NCBI GenBank assembly: GCA_021108395.1
Contig: JAIOQZ010000045.1
Coordinates: 11,487-75,486 of the forward strand
Reading direction: 5' to 3'
Origin: Candidatus Cloacimonadota bacterium
GTDB taxonomy: Bacteria; Cloacimonadota; Cloacimonadia; Cloacimonadales; JAIOQZ01
Length of the DNA: 64,000 nt
Shown: piece after piece, positions 40,558-49,862 of the stretch
Position numbering within the stretch: the first letter of the stretch is position 1
Layout: each line of letters begins with the position of its first letter
The notes under the pieces: model-generated
Told to the model about the DNA's origin: nothing
The model's input: only the letters and a program-made list of their open reading frames with translations
Databases searched by the model: none
Position numbers and translations under genes: made by a program

Positions 40558-43500
40558 ATGAGCGAGAAGAAAGACATGAACGTCGAGATGCTCGTCGAGA
40601 ACCTTGTCGAACGAGCCAAAGAGCTGAACTGCGTTTACCGCGCCGAGGAGATATTGCGCGACTACGACGCCGACCTGGACGGCGTCTTCCAGCAATTGCT
40701 GGAGATTATCCCGTCCGGCTGGCAGTACAGCGAATATTGCCTGGCTCGTATCGTGTTCGAGGGCGATACGTTCGAGTCGGAGGGCTTCGAGGTCACTCCC
40801 TGCTGTCAAACCGTTGACATCATGGTGGACGGCAAGAAGGCCGGGCAGATCGAGGTATATTACGCGCAGTCCGATGTCCTTGTGAAGCAGTGCCCCTTCC
40901 TGCCCGAAGAAAAGAAACTGCTGGGCACCATCGCAGACCGCCTGTCGCATTACATCACCCACCGGCGCCTGAAGACAGTTCTGAGCAACTGGAAGAACGC
41001 AGTCGAAAAGATCGATGAGCGGCGTGACTGGACAATCGTGATCGAGATGGTGAAGCGTTCGGACAGCAGCCTGTTTTTGCGCATCAGCCGCAAAATGCTC
41101 AACCACCTGTGCTGGATCGGCATCCCGCAGGCACGCGAACAGCTGCAAAACTTTGGCGACAGCCGTAGCGAAAGCGAGCAGGACATGAACAGGCCGATGC
41201 ACAAGAAGAACATGAACTCGCTCATCGCCCTGTCGGATCAGACCTTCGCCATCGCCGCCGACAACATCCCCCACCAGGAAATACTCAGCCTCGTCCAGAA
41301 GTGGATTCAGGAAGATAAGCTCAACTATCTCATCCTCACGCTCGAGAGCCTCGCCACTTCACTGGGAGACATCCAGAACGCCATCACTCGCTACTATCAC
41401 CTCGATCTCGACAAGATCGAACTATCTGAGTATGTGCGCAAGAATATCAACGTGCTGTGCATTCTGCGGTTTCTCACCGAGCAACTCGAATTCATCAATA
41501 TCGCCAAGGACTTCGTCACTCTCAGCAATTTCTACGATCTCGTGCAGCACATCATCTTTCCGGTAAACAGTCACGGCAAAATCGGCGGCAAGGCGGCCGG
41601 TATCTTCCTGGCGCACAATATCCTGAGAAATCTCGGCGATGACGAGATGAGCGCCATCCGCATTCCCAGGACATGGTACATCAGCTCCGACACCCTGCAT
41701 CACTTCCTCTATTACAACGACCTGAAAGAAGCTATCGAGCAGAAATACAAGTCGATCGAGCAGGTGCGCGAAGAATATAACAATCTCATCCAGATATTCA
41801 AGAACTCGTTCTTTCCACCAGAGATTATCAAAGGCTTTGCGCTGGCGCTGGATGACCTCGGCGACCAACCAATCATCGTGCGCAGCTCGAGCCTGCTCGA
41901 AGACCGCATCGGCGCGGCGTTTTCGGGCAAATACAAGAGCCTCTTTCTGGCCAACCAGGGCACTCGCGAAGAACGCCTCGCTGCATTGATGGACGCTGTG
42001 GCCGAGGTGTATGCCAGCACGTTTGGCCCCGATCCCATTGAATACCGCCGCGAGCGCGGCCTGCTCGACTTTCACGAAGAGATGGCCATCATCATCCAGG
42101 AGGTGGTGGGCCAACGCGCCGGACGCTATTTCTTCCCCGCGTTTGCCGGCGTGGCCTTCAGCAGCAACGAATTCCGCTGGTCGCCCCGCATCAAACGCGA
42201 GGACGGGCTCATTCGCCTGGTACCCGGGCTGGGTACCCGCGCCGTTGACCGCCTGGCAGACGACTACCCCATCCTCATCGCGCCCGGCCAGCCGGGACTG
42301 AAGGTGAACGTAACCGCCGATGAGCAGTTCCGCTACTCCCCGCGCAAGATTGACGTCATCAACCTCGAAACCAACCAGTTCGAGACGAAGGATATGGACG
42401 AGCTGGTACGCGAATGTGGCCGCGACTACCCCGCCATCGAGAAGGTCGTTTCGGTTTACAGCGAAGGCATCTTCACCACCAAGAGCCGCTTCAACCTTGA
42501 CTTCAAACGAGACGATACTGTCGTCACATTCGACGGCCTGCGCACCGGAACCAAGTTCATCGAACGCATGGGGAAGATACTCGATACTCTCAAGGAAAAG
42601 ATGCACGGGCCGGTCGATATCGAATTCGCCCATAACGGTGAATACATCTACCTGCTGCAATGCCGCGCCCAGAGCTACACTCACGATGTCGCCCCTACTC
42701 CCATCCCCAAAGACATCAACGAGGCGAGCATCGTATTCTCGGCCAATCGTTATATCTCGAATGGCCGCGTACCCGACATAACTCACATCGTATATGTTGA
42801 CCCCGAAGGCTACGCCGGGCTGGAGTCGGTGGAGGAAATGCGCACTGTGGGTAAGGCTGTGGGCAGACTGAACGACATCCTACCCAAGCGTCGCTTCATC
42901 CTCATGGGGCCGGGCCGCTGGGGCAGTCGCGGCGACATCCGCCTGGGCGTTCCCATCACATATTCCGACATCAACAACACCGCCATGCTCATAGAAGTTG
43001 CACGGCAGAAAGGCAACTATACCCCCGATCTCAGCTTCGGCACCCATTTCTTTCAGGATCTCGTCGAGGCGTCAATCCGCTACCTGCCTCTGTATCCAGA
43101 CGACGAGAGCGTAGAGTTCAACGAGCGCTTTCTGCGCGGCGCACACAATATCCTCGAAGACCTGCTGCCCAACTTCAAACGGCTGACGCATGTCGTCCGC
43201 GTAATCAACGTGCCCCGCGAGAGCGACGGCAAAGTGCTGCGCGTGGCCATGAACGCCGAACTGGATGAAGCGCTTGCCTATCTCAGCGCTCCAAGTAATG
43301 AAGCGGCGCCTCAGATCGTTCAGGCTGAGGAAACAACCCCGCAGTCCGAAAACCACTGGCGCTGGCGCTATCGCATGGCCGAGCACATCGCCAAGCAACT
43401 GCACATAGAGCGCTTCGGCGTGGTGGCTATCTATGTTTTCGGCAGCACAAAAAACGCCAACGCCGGTCCGGCCAGCGATATCGACCTGCTGCTGCATGTG

Positions 43501-43713
43501 AACGGAGATGAAACGCAAAAACGCGAGCTGACTGCATGGCTGGATGGCTGGAGCCGCTGTCTGTCCGAAATCAATTACCTCAAAACAGGCTACAAAACCA
43601 GCGGATTGCTCGACGTACATCTCGTCACCGACCAGGACATCGCCGACAAGACGAGCTTCGCGATTAAAATCGGCGCCATCACCGACGCGGCGCGATTGCT
43701 GCGCAAAGCATAG
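40558..43713 (+). CDS. Multidomain protein: sensor-like N-domain + PPDK_N ATP-grasp + C-terminal Pol-beta-type nucleotidyltransferase
   Basis: The N-terminus ELNCVYRAEEIL...IPSGWQYSEYCLARI...GQIEVYY...PFLPEEKKLLGTIADRL resembles a sensor module seen in front of many kinases. The centre carries IIVRSSSLLEDRIGAAFSGKYKSLF (PPDK_N) and GPGRWGSRGDIRLGVPI...DLSFGTHFFQD. The C-terminus IYVFGSTKNANAGPASDIDLLLHV is a GS...DxD nucleotidyltransferase motif. Confidence 0.7.
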   Translation: MSEKKDMNVEMLVENLVERAKELNCVYRAEEILRDYDADLDGVFQQLLEIIPSGWQYSEYCLARIVFEGDTFESEGFEVTPCCQTVDIMVDGKKAGQIEVYYAQSDVLVKQCPFLPEEKKLLGTIADRLSHYITHRRLKTVLSNWKNAVEKIDERRDWTIVIEMVKRSDSSLFLRISRKMLNHLCWIGIPQAREQLQNFGDSRSESEQDMNRPMHKKNMNSLIALSDQTFAIAADNIPHQEILSLVQKWIQEDKLNYLILTLESLATSLGDIQNAITRYYHLDLDKIELSEYVRKNINVLCILRFLTEQLEFINIAKDFVTLSNFYDLVQHIIFPVNSHGKIGGKAAGIFLAHNILRNLGDDEMSAIRIPRTWYISSDTLHHFLYYNDLKEAIEQKYKSIEQVREEYNNLIQIFKNSFFPPEIIKGFALALDDLGDQPIIVRSSSLLEDRIGAAFSGKYKSLFLANQGTREERLAALMDAVAEVYASTFGPDPIEYRRERGLLDFHEEMAIIIQEVVGQRAGRYFFPAFAGVAFSSNEFRWSPRIKREDGLIRLVPGLGTRAVDRLADDYPILIAPGQPGLKVNVTADEQFRYSPRKIDVINLETNQFETKDMDELVRECGRDYPAIEKVVSVYSEGIFTTKSRFNLDFKRDDTVVTFDGLRTGTKFIERMGKILDTLKEKMHGPVDIEFAHNGEYIYLLQCRAQSYTHDVAPTPIPKDINEASIVFSANRYISNGRVPDITHIVYVDPEGYAGLESVEEMRTVGKAVGRLNDILPKRRFILMGPGRWGSRGDIRLGVPITYSDINNTAMLIEVARQKGNYTPDLSFGTHFFQDLVEASIRYLPLYPDDESVEFNERFLRGAHNILEDLLPNFKRLTHVVRVINVPRESDGKVLRVAMNAELDEALAYLSAPSNEAAPQIVQAEETTPQSENHWRWRYRMAEHIAKQLHIERFGVVAIYVFGSTKNANAGPASDIDLLLHVNGDETQKRELTAWLDGWSRCLSEINYLKTGYKTSGLLDVHLVTDQDIADKTSFAIKIGAITDAARLLRKA

Positions 43714-43724
43714 GGACTGACCTC

Positions 43725-44585
43725 TTGCCGCTGGCTTGGTTCTGTTCCGACCTGCATGGTCATATAGACCGCTACGATAAGCTCTGGAAGCGATTGCGAC
43801 AGATGCCGCCGGATGTGCTGCTGCTGGGAGGCGATCTTCTGCCCGGCGGCTCGGCGCTGCGGCATGTCCACAACCCGCGCTACAATGACTTCGTCCACGA
43901 CTTCCTTGCCAAAGGGTTCAGCAAAGTCCGCCGTGAGCTTGCCGAGCGTTATCCGCTGGTGTTGCTCATCATGGGCAACGACGACCCGCGCTTTCACGAA
44001 AGCTCGCTCATCGAGGCGGGGGCAGGCGGACTGTGGACCGTCCTTCACGAGCGAAAGCTGGATGCGCTGGGTTACAGCTTCTATGGCTATCCATACGTCA
44101 ACCCGACGCCGTTTATGCTCAAGGACTGGGAGCGCTGGGACGTCTCACGCTTCGTCGATGTGGGGGCGGTGCCGCCCACAGAAGGCATGCGCACCGTGCC
44201 GGCAGACCCGCGCCAGACAGACTGGCACACGATTCGCCGCGACCTGGATGCGCTGGCCGATGACGATCTCGAACGTGCCGTGTTCCTGTTTCACGCCCCG
44301 CCCTATAACACGCCACTCGACCGCGCCGCGCTCGACGGGATGATGGTTGACTTCGCCCCGCTCGACGTGCATGTGGGCAGCATAGCCATAGCGGAATTTA
44401 TCGAGAAGCGGCAGCCTCGCGTCACCCTGCACGGGCATATACACGAGGCGGTCAGGCTCACGGGGCAATGGCACATCACCACTGGGCGAACGCATAGTTT
44501 CGGGGCCGCGCACGACGGCCCGGAACTGGCGCTGGTGGCCTTCTCACTCGACTCGCCGGACAACGCCGCCCGCGAACTATTGTAA
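43725..44585 (+). CDS. Metallophosphoesterase (calcineurin-like)
   Basis: TTG start 11 nt after the upstream stop. Motifs CSDLHGH, LLLGGDLLP, IMGNDD, LFHAPP and LHGHIHE are present. Confidence 0.75.
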   Translation: MPLAWFCSDLHGHIDRYDKLWKRLRQMPPDVLLLGGDLLPGGSALRHVHNPRYNDFVHDFLAKGFSKVRRELAERYPLVLLIMGNDDPRFHESSLIEAGAGGLWTVLHERKLDALGYSFYGYPYVNPTPFMLKDWERWDVSRFVDVGAVPPTEGMRTVPADPRQTDWHTIRRDLDALADDDLERAVFLFHAPPYNTPLDRAALDGMMVDFAPLDVHVGSIAIAEFIEKRQPRVTLHGHIHEAVRLTGQWHITTGRTHSFGAAHDGPELALVAFSLDSPDNAARELL

Positions 44586-44589
44586 CACC

Positions 44590-44818
44590 GTGAAGACAGG
44601 GGTTCCACCCCTGAACCTTTGAAAGCTCACTCCGCTTTGCTACGCAACAAGCTCGCTTTTTGTAAAAAGCGAGACCAAAAACTTCTAACGGATGCTAACG
44701 CATCCTTGTATAATAAGAATAATTTTTGTACATAGGAAACGCAGTTTCCGCAAGAGTTTTTGATTCCACTTTTTACAAAAAGTGGATGGGGTTCAGGGGC
44801 AACGCCACTGTCTTAAGG
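44590..44818. repeat. Hairpin-mosaic repeat locus I, full-length palindromic composite (T-X'-H-L-P-C-F-L'-H-T')
   Basis: GTGAAGACAGGGGttccaCCCCTGAACC, GAAAGCTCACTCCGCTTTGCTACGCAAC, CTCGCTTTTTgtAAAAAGCGAG, GGATGCtaacGCATCC, TTGTATAATAAGAATAAT, TGTACATAGGAAACGcAGTTTCC, CCACTTTTTacAAAAAGTGG and GGGGTTCAGGGGcaacgCCACTGTCTTAAGG. It fills the whole spacer between the metallophosphoesterase and rbr stops. Confidence 0.9.
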
Positions 44819-44819
44819 T

Positions 44820-45365
44820 CTATTGGAAATATCTGTCGAGCAGGCCTTTGAATGCCTTGCCGTGACGAGCTTCATCCTTGCACATCTCGTGCACTGTGTC
44901 GTGAATCGCATCGAGATTCAGTTTCTTGGCGAGAGTGGCCAGGTCTTTCTTTCCCTGACAAGCGCCGAATTCGGCATCGACCCGCATCTGAAGATTGGTC
45001 TTGGTGTCGGGCGCTACTACTTCGCCCAGAAGCTCGGCGAATTTCGCTGCGTGCTCCGCTTCCTCAAAAGCGATTCTCTTGTAGGCTTCGGCAACTTCGG
45101 GGTAGCCTTCTCTATCAGCCTGGCGGCTCATCGCCAGATACATACCCACTTCCGTGCACTCGCCCATGAAGTTGGCCTTCAGCCCTTCAACGACTTGTGC
45201 GTCCACGCCCTGGGCGATGCCGATAACATGCTCGTCCGCCCAAGCCATCTGTGTCTCGCCCTGTAGCTTGAACTTGTCCTTTGGCGCCTGGCACATGGGG
45301 CATTTATCCGGGGGTGTCTCGCCTTCGTGAACATAACCGCATACTGTGCAAATCCATTTCTTCAT
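44820..45365 (-). CDS. rbr: Reverse rubrerythrin (N-terminal rubredoxin-like domain + diiron ferritin-like domain)
   Basis: 181 aa with CTVCGY...CPMCQA at the N-terminus, followed by ExxH diiron motifs (EEAEHAAKF; DEARHGKAF). Confidence 0.9.
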   Translation of the reverse strand: MKKWICTVCGYVHEGETPPDKCPMCQAPKDKFKLQGETQMAWADEHVIGIAQGVDAQVVEGLKANFMGECTEVGMYLAMSRQADREGYPEVAEAYKRIAFEEAEHAAKFAELLGEVVAPDTKTNLQMRVDAEFGACQGKKDLATLAKKLNLDAIHDTVHEMCKDEARHGKAFKGLLDRYFQ

Positions 45366-45434
45366 CTTGCTCTCCTTGTTTAGGTTGATTGTCTATTCGC
45401 CATATCTGTGTTGCCGGTTCATTGTTGCAGTCTG

Positions 45435-45842
45435 TTAACCATCACGCCGGCAGTCCTGACAGATACCTTCAAAGATCAGGTTGTGCTCGAGCACTTTCAG
45501 TCCCTCCAAACCAGACTTCAGGTGCAGGTCGTAGTCAACATCGATGTCGAAGACGCGCTTGCATTGCCTGCACTTGAAGTGGGTATGAGGGCTGGTGTTG
45601 TAATCGTAATGGCCTTTGTTGTCGGAAGTTGGGATTGATTTGACCAAACCGTTGGCTGCGAAAAGCTTGAGTGTGTTATACACTGTCATTTTGGAGAGAA
45701 TAGGAATCTCTTCTCTGATGGCGGCGAATATCTCTTCCACTGTTGGATGAACACGATTTATATCGAGATATTCCAATATCTTCAGCCGCTGGACGGAAGG
45801 AGATATTTTCTTCTCTTTTAACATTTCAGTATATTTCTCCAT
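45435..45842 (-). CDS. perR: Fur-family peroxide-responsive regulator (PerR-like)
   Basis: ATG 45842 is preceded by GGAGG. The winged-helix region is SVQRLKILEYL...HPTVEEIF, with CxxC pairs (CRQCKRVF; CQDC). It lies directly upstream of rubrerythrin and has a PerR-type box upstream of itself. Confidence 0.7.
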   Translation of the reverse strand: MEKYTEMLKEKKISPSVQRLKILEYLDINRVHPTVEEIFAAIREEIPILSKMTVYNTLKLFAANGLVKSIPTSDNKGHYDYNTSPHTHFKCRQCKRVFDIDVDYDLHLKSGLEGLKVLEHNLIFEGICQDCRRDG

Positions 45843-45913
45843 TTCTCCTCCCAAGTTTAGTTCGAATCTTGGGAACACTGTATTTCATCAAAGGTATTAT
45901 GTCAAATAAAAAA

Positions 45914-45928
45914 TGATAATAATTATAA
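45914..45928 (-). promoter_or_regulatory. PerR/Fur-type operator
   Basis: The minus strand reads TTATAATTATTATCA. This matches 14 of the 14 specified positions but one (13/14, or 14/15 counting N) of the B. subtilis PerR box TTATAATnATTATAA. It lies ~70 nt upstream of the perR ATG. Confidence 0.6.
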
Positions 45929-45971
45929 TACTGTGAATTATCAAAAGGTAGGGCCACTGGCAAATTCCTAA

Positions 45972-47300
45972 TTACGAGTCGGCAACCCACTTCTTCAGGT
46001 CATCCAGCGCCCGTGCGGCCAGGACTGCCTTTTTCAGCTTCTTGTCACGGATGCGTTCTGGGAGCGGCGGCAGCAACCCGAAGTTGGCGTTCATCGGCTG
46101 GTAGCGGTCGCTGGGAGTAATCATGTGCCGCCAGAGCTGCCCGCTGATGGTCGTGTCTGGAAGCAAGGGCAGCGGCCCCGCAGTGAGCGCCGCCGCCAGC
46201 CACCCGCCGAATATCGACTCGACGTAGCCCTCGACACCGGCAAGTTGCCCGGCCAGGCGCACACCCGGCGCAGATTTCAACGAGAGTGTTTCATCGGCCA
46301 GCGCCGGGGTGTGCAGGTATGTGTTGCGATGGATGGAACCATAGCGCAAAAAACGCGCCCGCTCAAGCCCTGGCACGAGGCGGAAAACTCGCTGCTGCTC
46401 TCCCTGGCGCAGCATCGTCTGGCAGCCGACGAGGTTCCAGGCCGTGCCCCCTGCGTTTTCGGAGCGCAACTGCAACACAGCCCAGGGACGCCGCCCAGAG
46501 CGCGGGTCGTTCAGCCCCACAGGGCGCAACACTCCATAACGAAGGGTGTCATCGCCCCGCCGCGCCAGTTCCTCGACAGGGATGCAGTTTTCGTAGAACT
46601 TCCACTTCAGTTGCGAAAAGAAGCGGCTCTCGAACTCGTGCGCCTCGTGCTTCTCACCCTCGCGCAGTGCGATGACGAATCGCTCATACTGTTCCTTGTC
46701 GAACGGGCAGTTGAGGTAGTCGGCGTCGCCCTTGTCATAGCGCGTGGCGCGGTAAACGACGTCGTGATCGAGGCTGTCGGCGTCGATGATGGGGGCGATG
46801 GCGTCGAAGAAGTAGAGCTGCTCCTCGCCCACGGCTTCCAGCAAGGCAGCGGTGAGGGATTCTGAGGTGAGCGGCCCGGTGGCGATGATGGCCGGCGCCG
46901 CCGGCAGACTGCCCACCTCACCGCGTATCACCTCGATGAGCGGCTCTGCCTCCACCTCGCGGGTGACTGCACAGGCGAAGGCGTCTCGGTCCACCGCCAG
47001 GGCATTGCCGGCGGGCACGCGGCAACTCTCGGCAATGGGCAGCAACCGGCAACCTAACTGACGCAACTCTGCCTTCAGCAACCCCGCCGCAGTACCGGGC
47101 AGCAGGCTCTTGAGCGAGTTCGAGCAGACCAGTTCGGCCAGGCGGTCGGTTTCGTGGGCCGGCGTGACGGTGTGCGGGCGCATCTCGTGCAGTCGCACGC
47201 GCATGCCCCTTGCGGCAAGCTGAAGCGCAGCTTCACAGCCGGCCAGCCCGCCACCGATAACGCTCACAGTCGAGTCGGACGAAAAATGTGTGCTTGACAT
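45972..47300 (-). CDS. trmFO: Methylenetetrahydrofolate--tRNA-(uracil54-C5)-methyltransferase TrmFO
   Basis: VSVIGGGLAGCEAALQLA FAD fold with TrmFO/Gid family similarity throughout. The start may be ATG 47300 or GTG 47315. Confidence 0.9.
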   Translation of the reverse strand: MSSTHFSSDSTVSVIGGGLAGCEAALQLAARGMRVRLHEMRPHTVTPAHETDRLAELVCSNSLKSLLPGTAAGLLKAELRQLGCRLLPIAESCRVPAGNALAVDRDAFACAVTREVEAEPLIEVIRGEVGSLPAAPAIIATGPLTSESLTAALLEAVGEEQLYFFDAIAPIIDADSLDHDVVYRATRYDKGDADYLNCPFDKEQYERFVIALREGEKHEAHEFESRFFSQLKWKFYENCIPVEELARRGDDTLRYGVLRPVGLNDPRSGRRPWAVLQLRSENAGGTAWNLVGCQTMLRQGEQQRVFRLVPGLERARFLRYGSIHRNTYLHTPALADETLSLKSAPGVRLAGQLAGVEGYVESIFGGWLAAALTAGPLPLLPDTTISGQLWRHMITPSDRYQPMNANFGLLPPLPERIRDKKLKKAVLAARALDDLKKWVADS

Positions 47301-47338
47301 CGTGAACGATTCCACTCGATATGGCCGGCGAGGTCAAT

Positions 47339-48316
47339 ATGAAAAAGAAGATTCTCATCATAACCACCGGTGGCACCATCGCCATGAAATATCTGCCCGA
47401 CCGCGGACTGGTGCCCACGAGCGATCTGGTTGACTTCCTTCACTCGTTCCCGCAGCTTTCGAATGTGGCCAATGTCGAGGTGTTCGAGTTCTCGAACGTG
47501 CCCAGTCCGTTCATGACGCCGCAAAAGATGCTCGAGCTGGCCAGGGTGGTTGATCTGAGGATTGTCGATTTTGACGGCATAGTCATCACCCACGGCACCG
47601 ACACACTCGAAGAGACCTCCTACATGCTCGACCTGGTGCTCACCACGCGCAAACCGGTGGTGTTCACCGCCGCCATGCGCAGCGGCAGCGACCTCGGCCT
47701 TGATGGCCCCCGCAACATTGTGGGCGCTGTGCGAGTTGCCAGCCACGCCGAGTCCATCGATAAAGGCGTGCTGGTGGTGATGAACGATGAGATTCTCACC
47801 GCCGTGGACGTGCTGAAGTACCACACCGGCAAGATCGAATCGTTCGATTCGCCCGAATACGGCATCATCGGCATTGTCGATCCCGACGAGGTAATCTTTC
47901 ACTGGCAGATAAATCGGCGCGACCATGTGTGGACCGACCGCATAGACACCCGCGTTGACCTCCTGCGGGCCGTGGCCGGCATGGACGGTCGGTTCATCGA
48001 GGCGGCCGTGGCCGGCGGCGCCAGGGCAATAGTCATCGAGGCGTTCGGTCGTGGCAACCTGCCGCCGGACGTCATTCCCGCCATCGAAGCCGCCCTGAAC
48101 GCCGGCGTACTGGTGGTAGTGGTCTCACGCGCCTACACCGGCCGTGTGTTGCCGGAGTATGGCTACGAAGGCGGCGGCATGATGCTTCAACAGATGGGTT
48201 GCATCCTGGGGGGCAACGCCAAAGGCCACAAGGCCCGCATCAAACTCATGTGTCTGTTCGGAAAGTACGATGACGCTGAACTGGTGCGCAAATTCTATCT
48301 CAACTCGCTTCGATAG
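47339..48316 (+). CDS. ansA: L-asparaginase, type I
   Basis: ILIITTGGTIAM (catalytic Thr) and VITHGTDTLEETS motifs. ATG 47339 is preceded by GAGG. Confidence 0.88.
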   Translation: MKKKILIITTGGTIAMKYLPDRGLVPTSDLVDFLHSFPQLSNVANVEVFEFSNVPSPFMTPQKMLELARVVDLRIVDFDGIVITHGTDTLEETSYMLDLVLTTRKPVVFTAAMRSGSDLGLDGPRNIVGAVRVASHAESIDKGVLVVMNDEILTAVDVLKYHTGKIESFDSPEYGIIGIVDPDEVIFHWQINRRDHVWTDRIDTRVDLLRAVAGMDGRFIEAAVAGGARAIVIEAFGRGNLPPDVIPAIEAALNAGVLVVVVSRAYTGRVLPEYGYEGGGMMLQQMGCILGGNAKGHKARIKLMCLFGKYDDAELVRKFYLNSLR

Positions 48317-48401
48317 GAAACCTCTCAAGCTTCTCTCCGCCATGCCGACATTAAGGATGCGGACAGGGACGTCCGCGAATACATAATGCATGGAGGCAGA
48401 C

Positions 48402-48527
48402 ATGAAACAAATCCGCAGCTTCGAGCTGGCAGAACGGCTCGCCTCGCAGGTGAAGGACTACCTGCACAACCACGCCGACGAAGTATGGATCACCCAGGTT
48501 CACCGGTTGCCCCAGGCAGGGGCATGA
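48402..48527 (+). CDS. Candidate small protein (41 aa)
   Basis: It is not in the ORF track (under 60 aa). SD GGAGG lies 5 nt upstream of the ATG. The sequence is MKQIRSFELAERLASQVKDYLHNHADEVWITQVHRLPQAGA. A clean intrinsic terminator follows 17 nt downstream. Confidence 0.45.
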   Translation: MKQIRSFELAERLASQVKDYLHNHADEVWITQVHRLPQAGA

Positions 48528-48544
48528 CCATTTGAGAAAGAACG

Positions 48545-48574
48545 AACCCCGGCATTAGTCGGGGTTTTCTTTTT
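48545..48574 (+). terminator. Rho-independent terminator
   Basis: AACCCCG-gcattagt-CGGGGTT followed by TTCTTTTT. Confidence 0.8.
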
Positions 48575-48636
48575 CAGAACTCAATCATTACAAAAAGGTG
48601 AGTTGACAAAACACCCTTCACAAATAATTATCCCAC

Positions 48637-49758
48637 ATGGAATTTGAATATCAGAAATACAGCCAGTATTTCGCTCAAGTAGCTGGAAAGCTTGAAGACT
48701 ACGCAGCCCAGGAGCTATCTGGTCTGGGAGCGGACAGCGTAACGGCAAGGTATCGGGGAGTCAGTTTTTGTGCAGACAAGGCTGCCCTCTACCGGATTAA
48801 CTACCGCGCCAGATTAATCACCCGGGTACTGGCGCCCCTTCTCACCTTCAATTGCCACAGCACGAAGTATTTATACACGCAAGCGCTCAAGCTGGATTGG
48901 CAGAAGCTGATGTCAACCAACTCGACATTCGCTATCTTTGCCACTGTCGCCAACAGTAAAATCAGGCACTCCCATTACGCGGCGCTTGTTCTGAAAGACG
49001 CGATTGCCGATTACTTCGTGAACAAATGCGGCGAGCGGCCAAGTATCGACACCATGAATCCCGATACCTGGTTAAACCTGCGCATCGAAAACAACAAGGC
49101 GATTATCAGCTTCGACACTTCCGGCGGCTCCCTGCACAGGCGGGGATACAGGCAAAAAAGCGTCGAGGCGCCCATGCAGGAAACCGTCGCCGCCGCGATA
49201 ATCAGCATGAGCGGCTGGCAGGGCGAGATGCCGCTATACGATCCGTTTTGCGGCTCCGGCACTCTGCTGTCCGAAGCGGCGATGCACTATTGTCGCATCC
49301 CGGCGGGGTACTTCCGAGAGCGCTTCGGCTTCTTTGGGCTGCCCGATTTTGACGCGGATGCGTGGGAGAAGGTGAAGGCGGAATCCGTTATCAGAAGCCT
49401 GCCCAGGGGGCTAATCGCCGGCAGCGATATTTCCGCAGACGCAGTGAGCAGCGCCAGGCAGAATCTCACGAGTTTCAAGCAATTCGGGAGCATCGCCATC
49501 GAGCAAAGCGACTATCGAAAGCTCGGCAAGCTCGAAAACACGATTATTGTCGCCAATCCGCCGTATGGACTGAGACTGGCAGACTCAGACCTGTACGATT
49601 TCGGCGAATTCCTGAAGAATAGTTGTCTTGGCTCCACCGCCTATGTTTACTTTGGCAAGCGAGAGAAAATCGGTGAAATCAAGCTGAAGCCCGACTGGAA
49701 ACGGCCTCTGGTCAACGGCGCTCTCGATGGCCGGTTGTGCAAATACCGGATATACTGA
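48637..49758 (+). CDS. THUMP-domain class I SAM-dependent RNA methyltransferase (RlmL/YpsC-like)
   Basis: 373 aa with an N-terminal THUMP-like region, SLHRRGYR, the SAM motif DPFCGSGTLLSEA and the catalytic IVANPPYG. Confidence 0.8.
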   Translation: MEFEYQKYSQYFAQVAGKLEDYAAQELSGLGADSVTARYRGVSFCADKAALYRINYRARLITRVLAPLLTFNCHSTKYLYTQALKLDWQKLMSTNSTFAIFATVANSKIRHSHYAALVLKDAIADYFVNKCGERPSIDTMNPDTWLNLRIENNKAIISFDTSGGSLHRRGYRQKSVEAPMQETVAAAIISMSGWQGEMPLYDPFCGSGTLLSEAAMHYCRIPAGYFRERFGFFGLPDFDADAWEKVKAESVIRSLPRGLIAGSDISADAVSSARQNLTSFKQFGSIAIEQSDYRKLGKLENTIIVANPPYGLRLADSDLYDFGEFLKNSCLGSTAYVYFGKREKIGEIKLKPDWKRPLVNGALDGRLCKYRIY

Positions 49759-49862
49759 CTGCACTGCTAAAACAGGCCTGTTCCGGCTTTTCTTGTTGAC
49801 GCTTGAAGCTTCGTTCATTCTTGTGACCCCACGTTTTATAAAATCTCTGTCATGGAGGAGTG

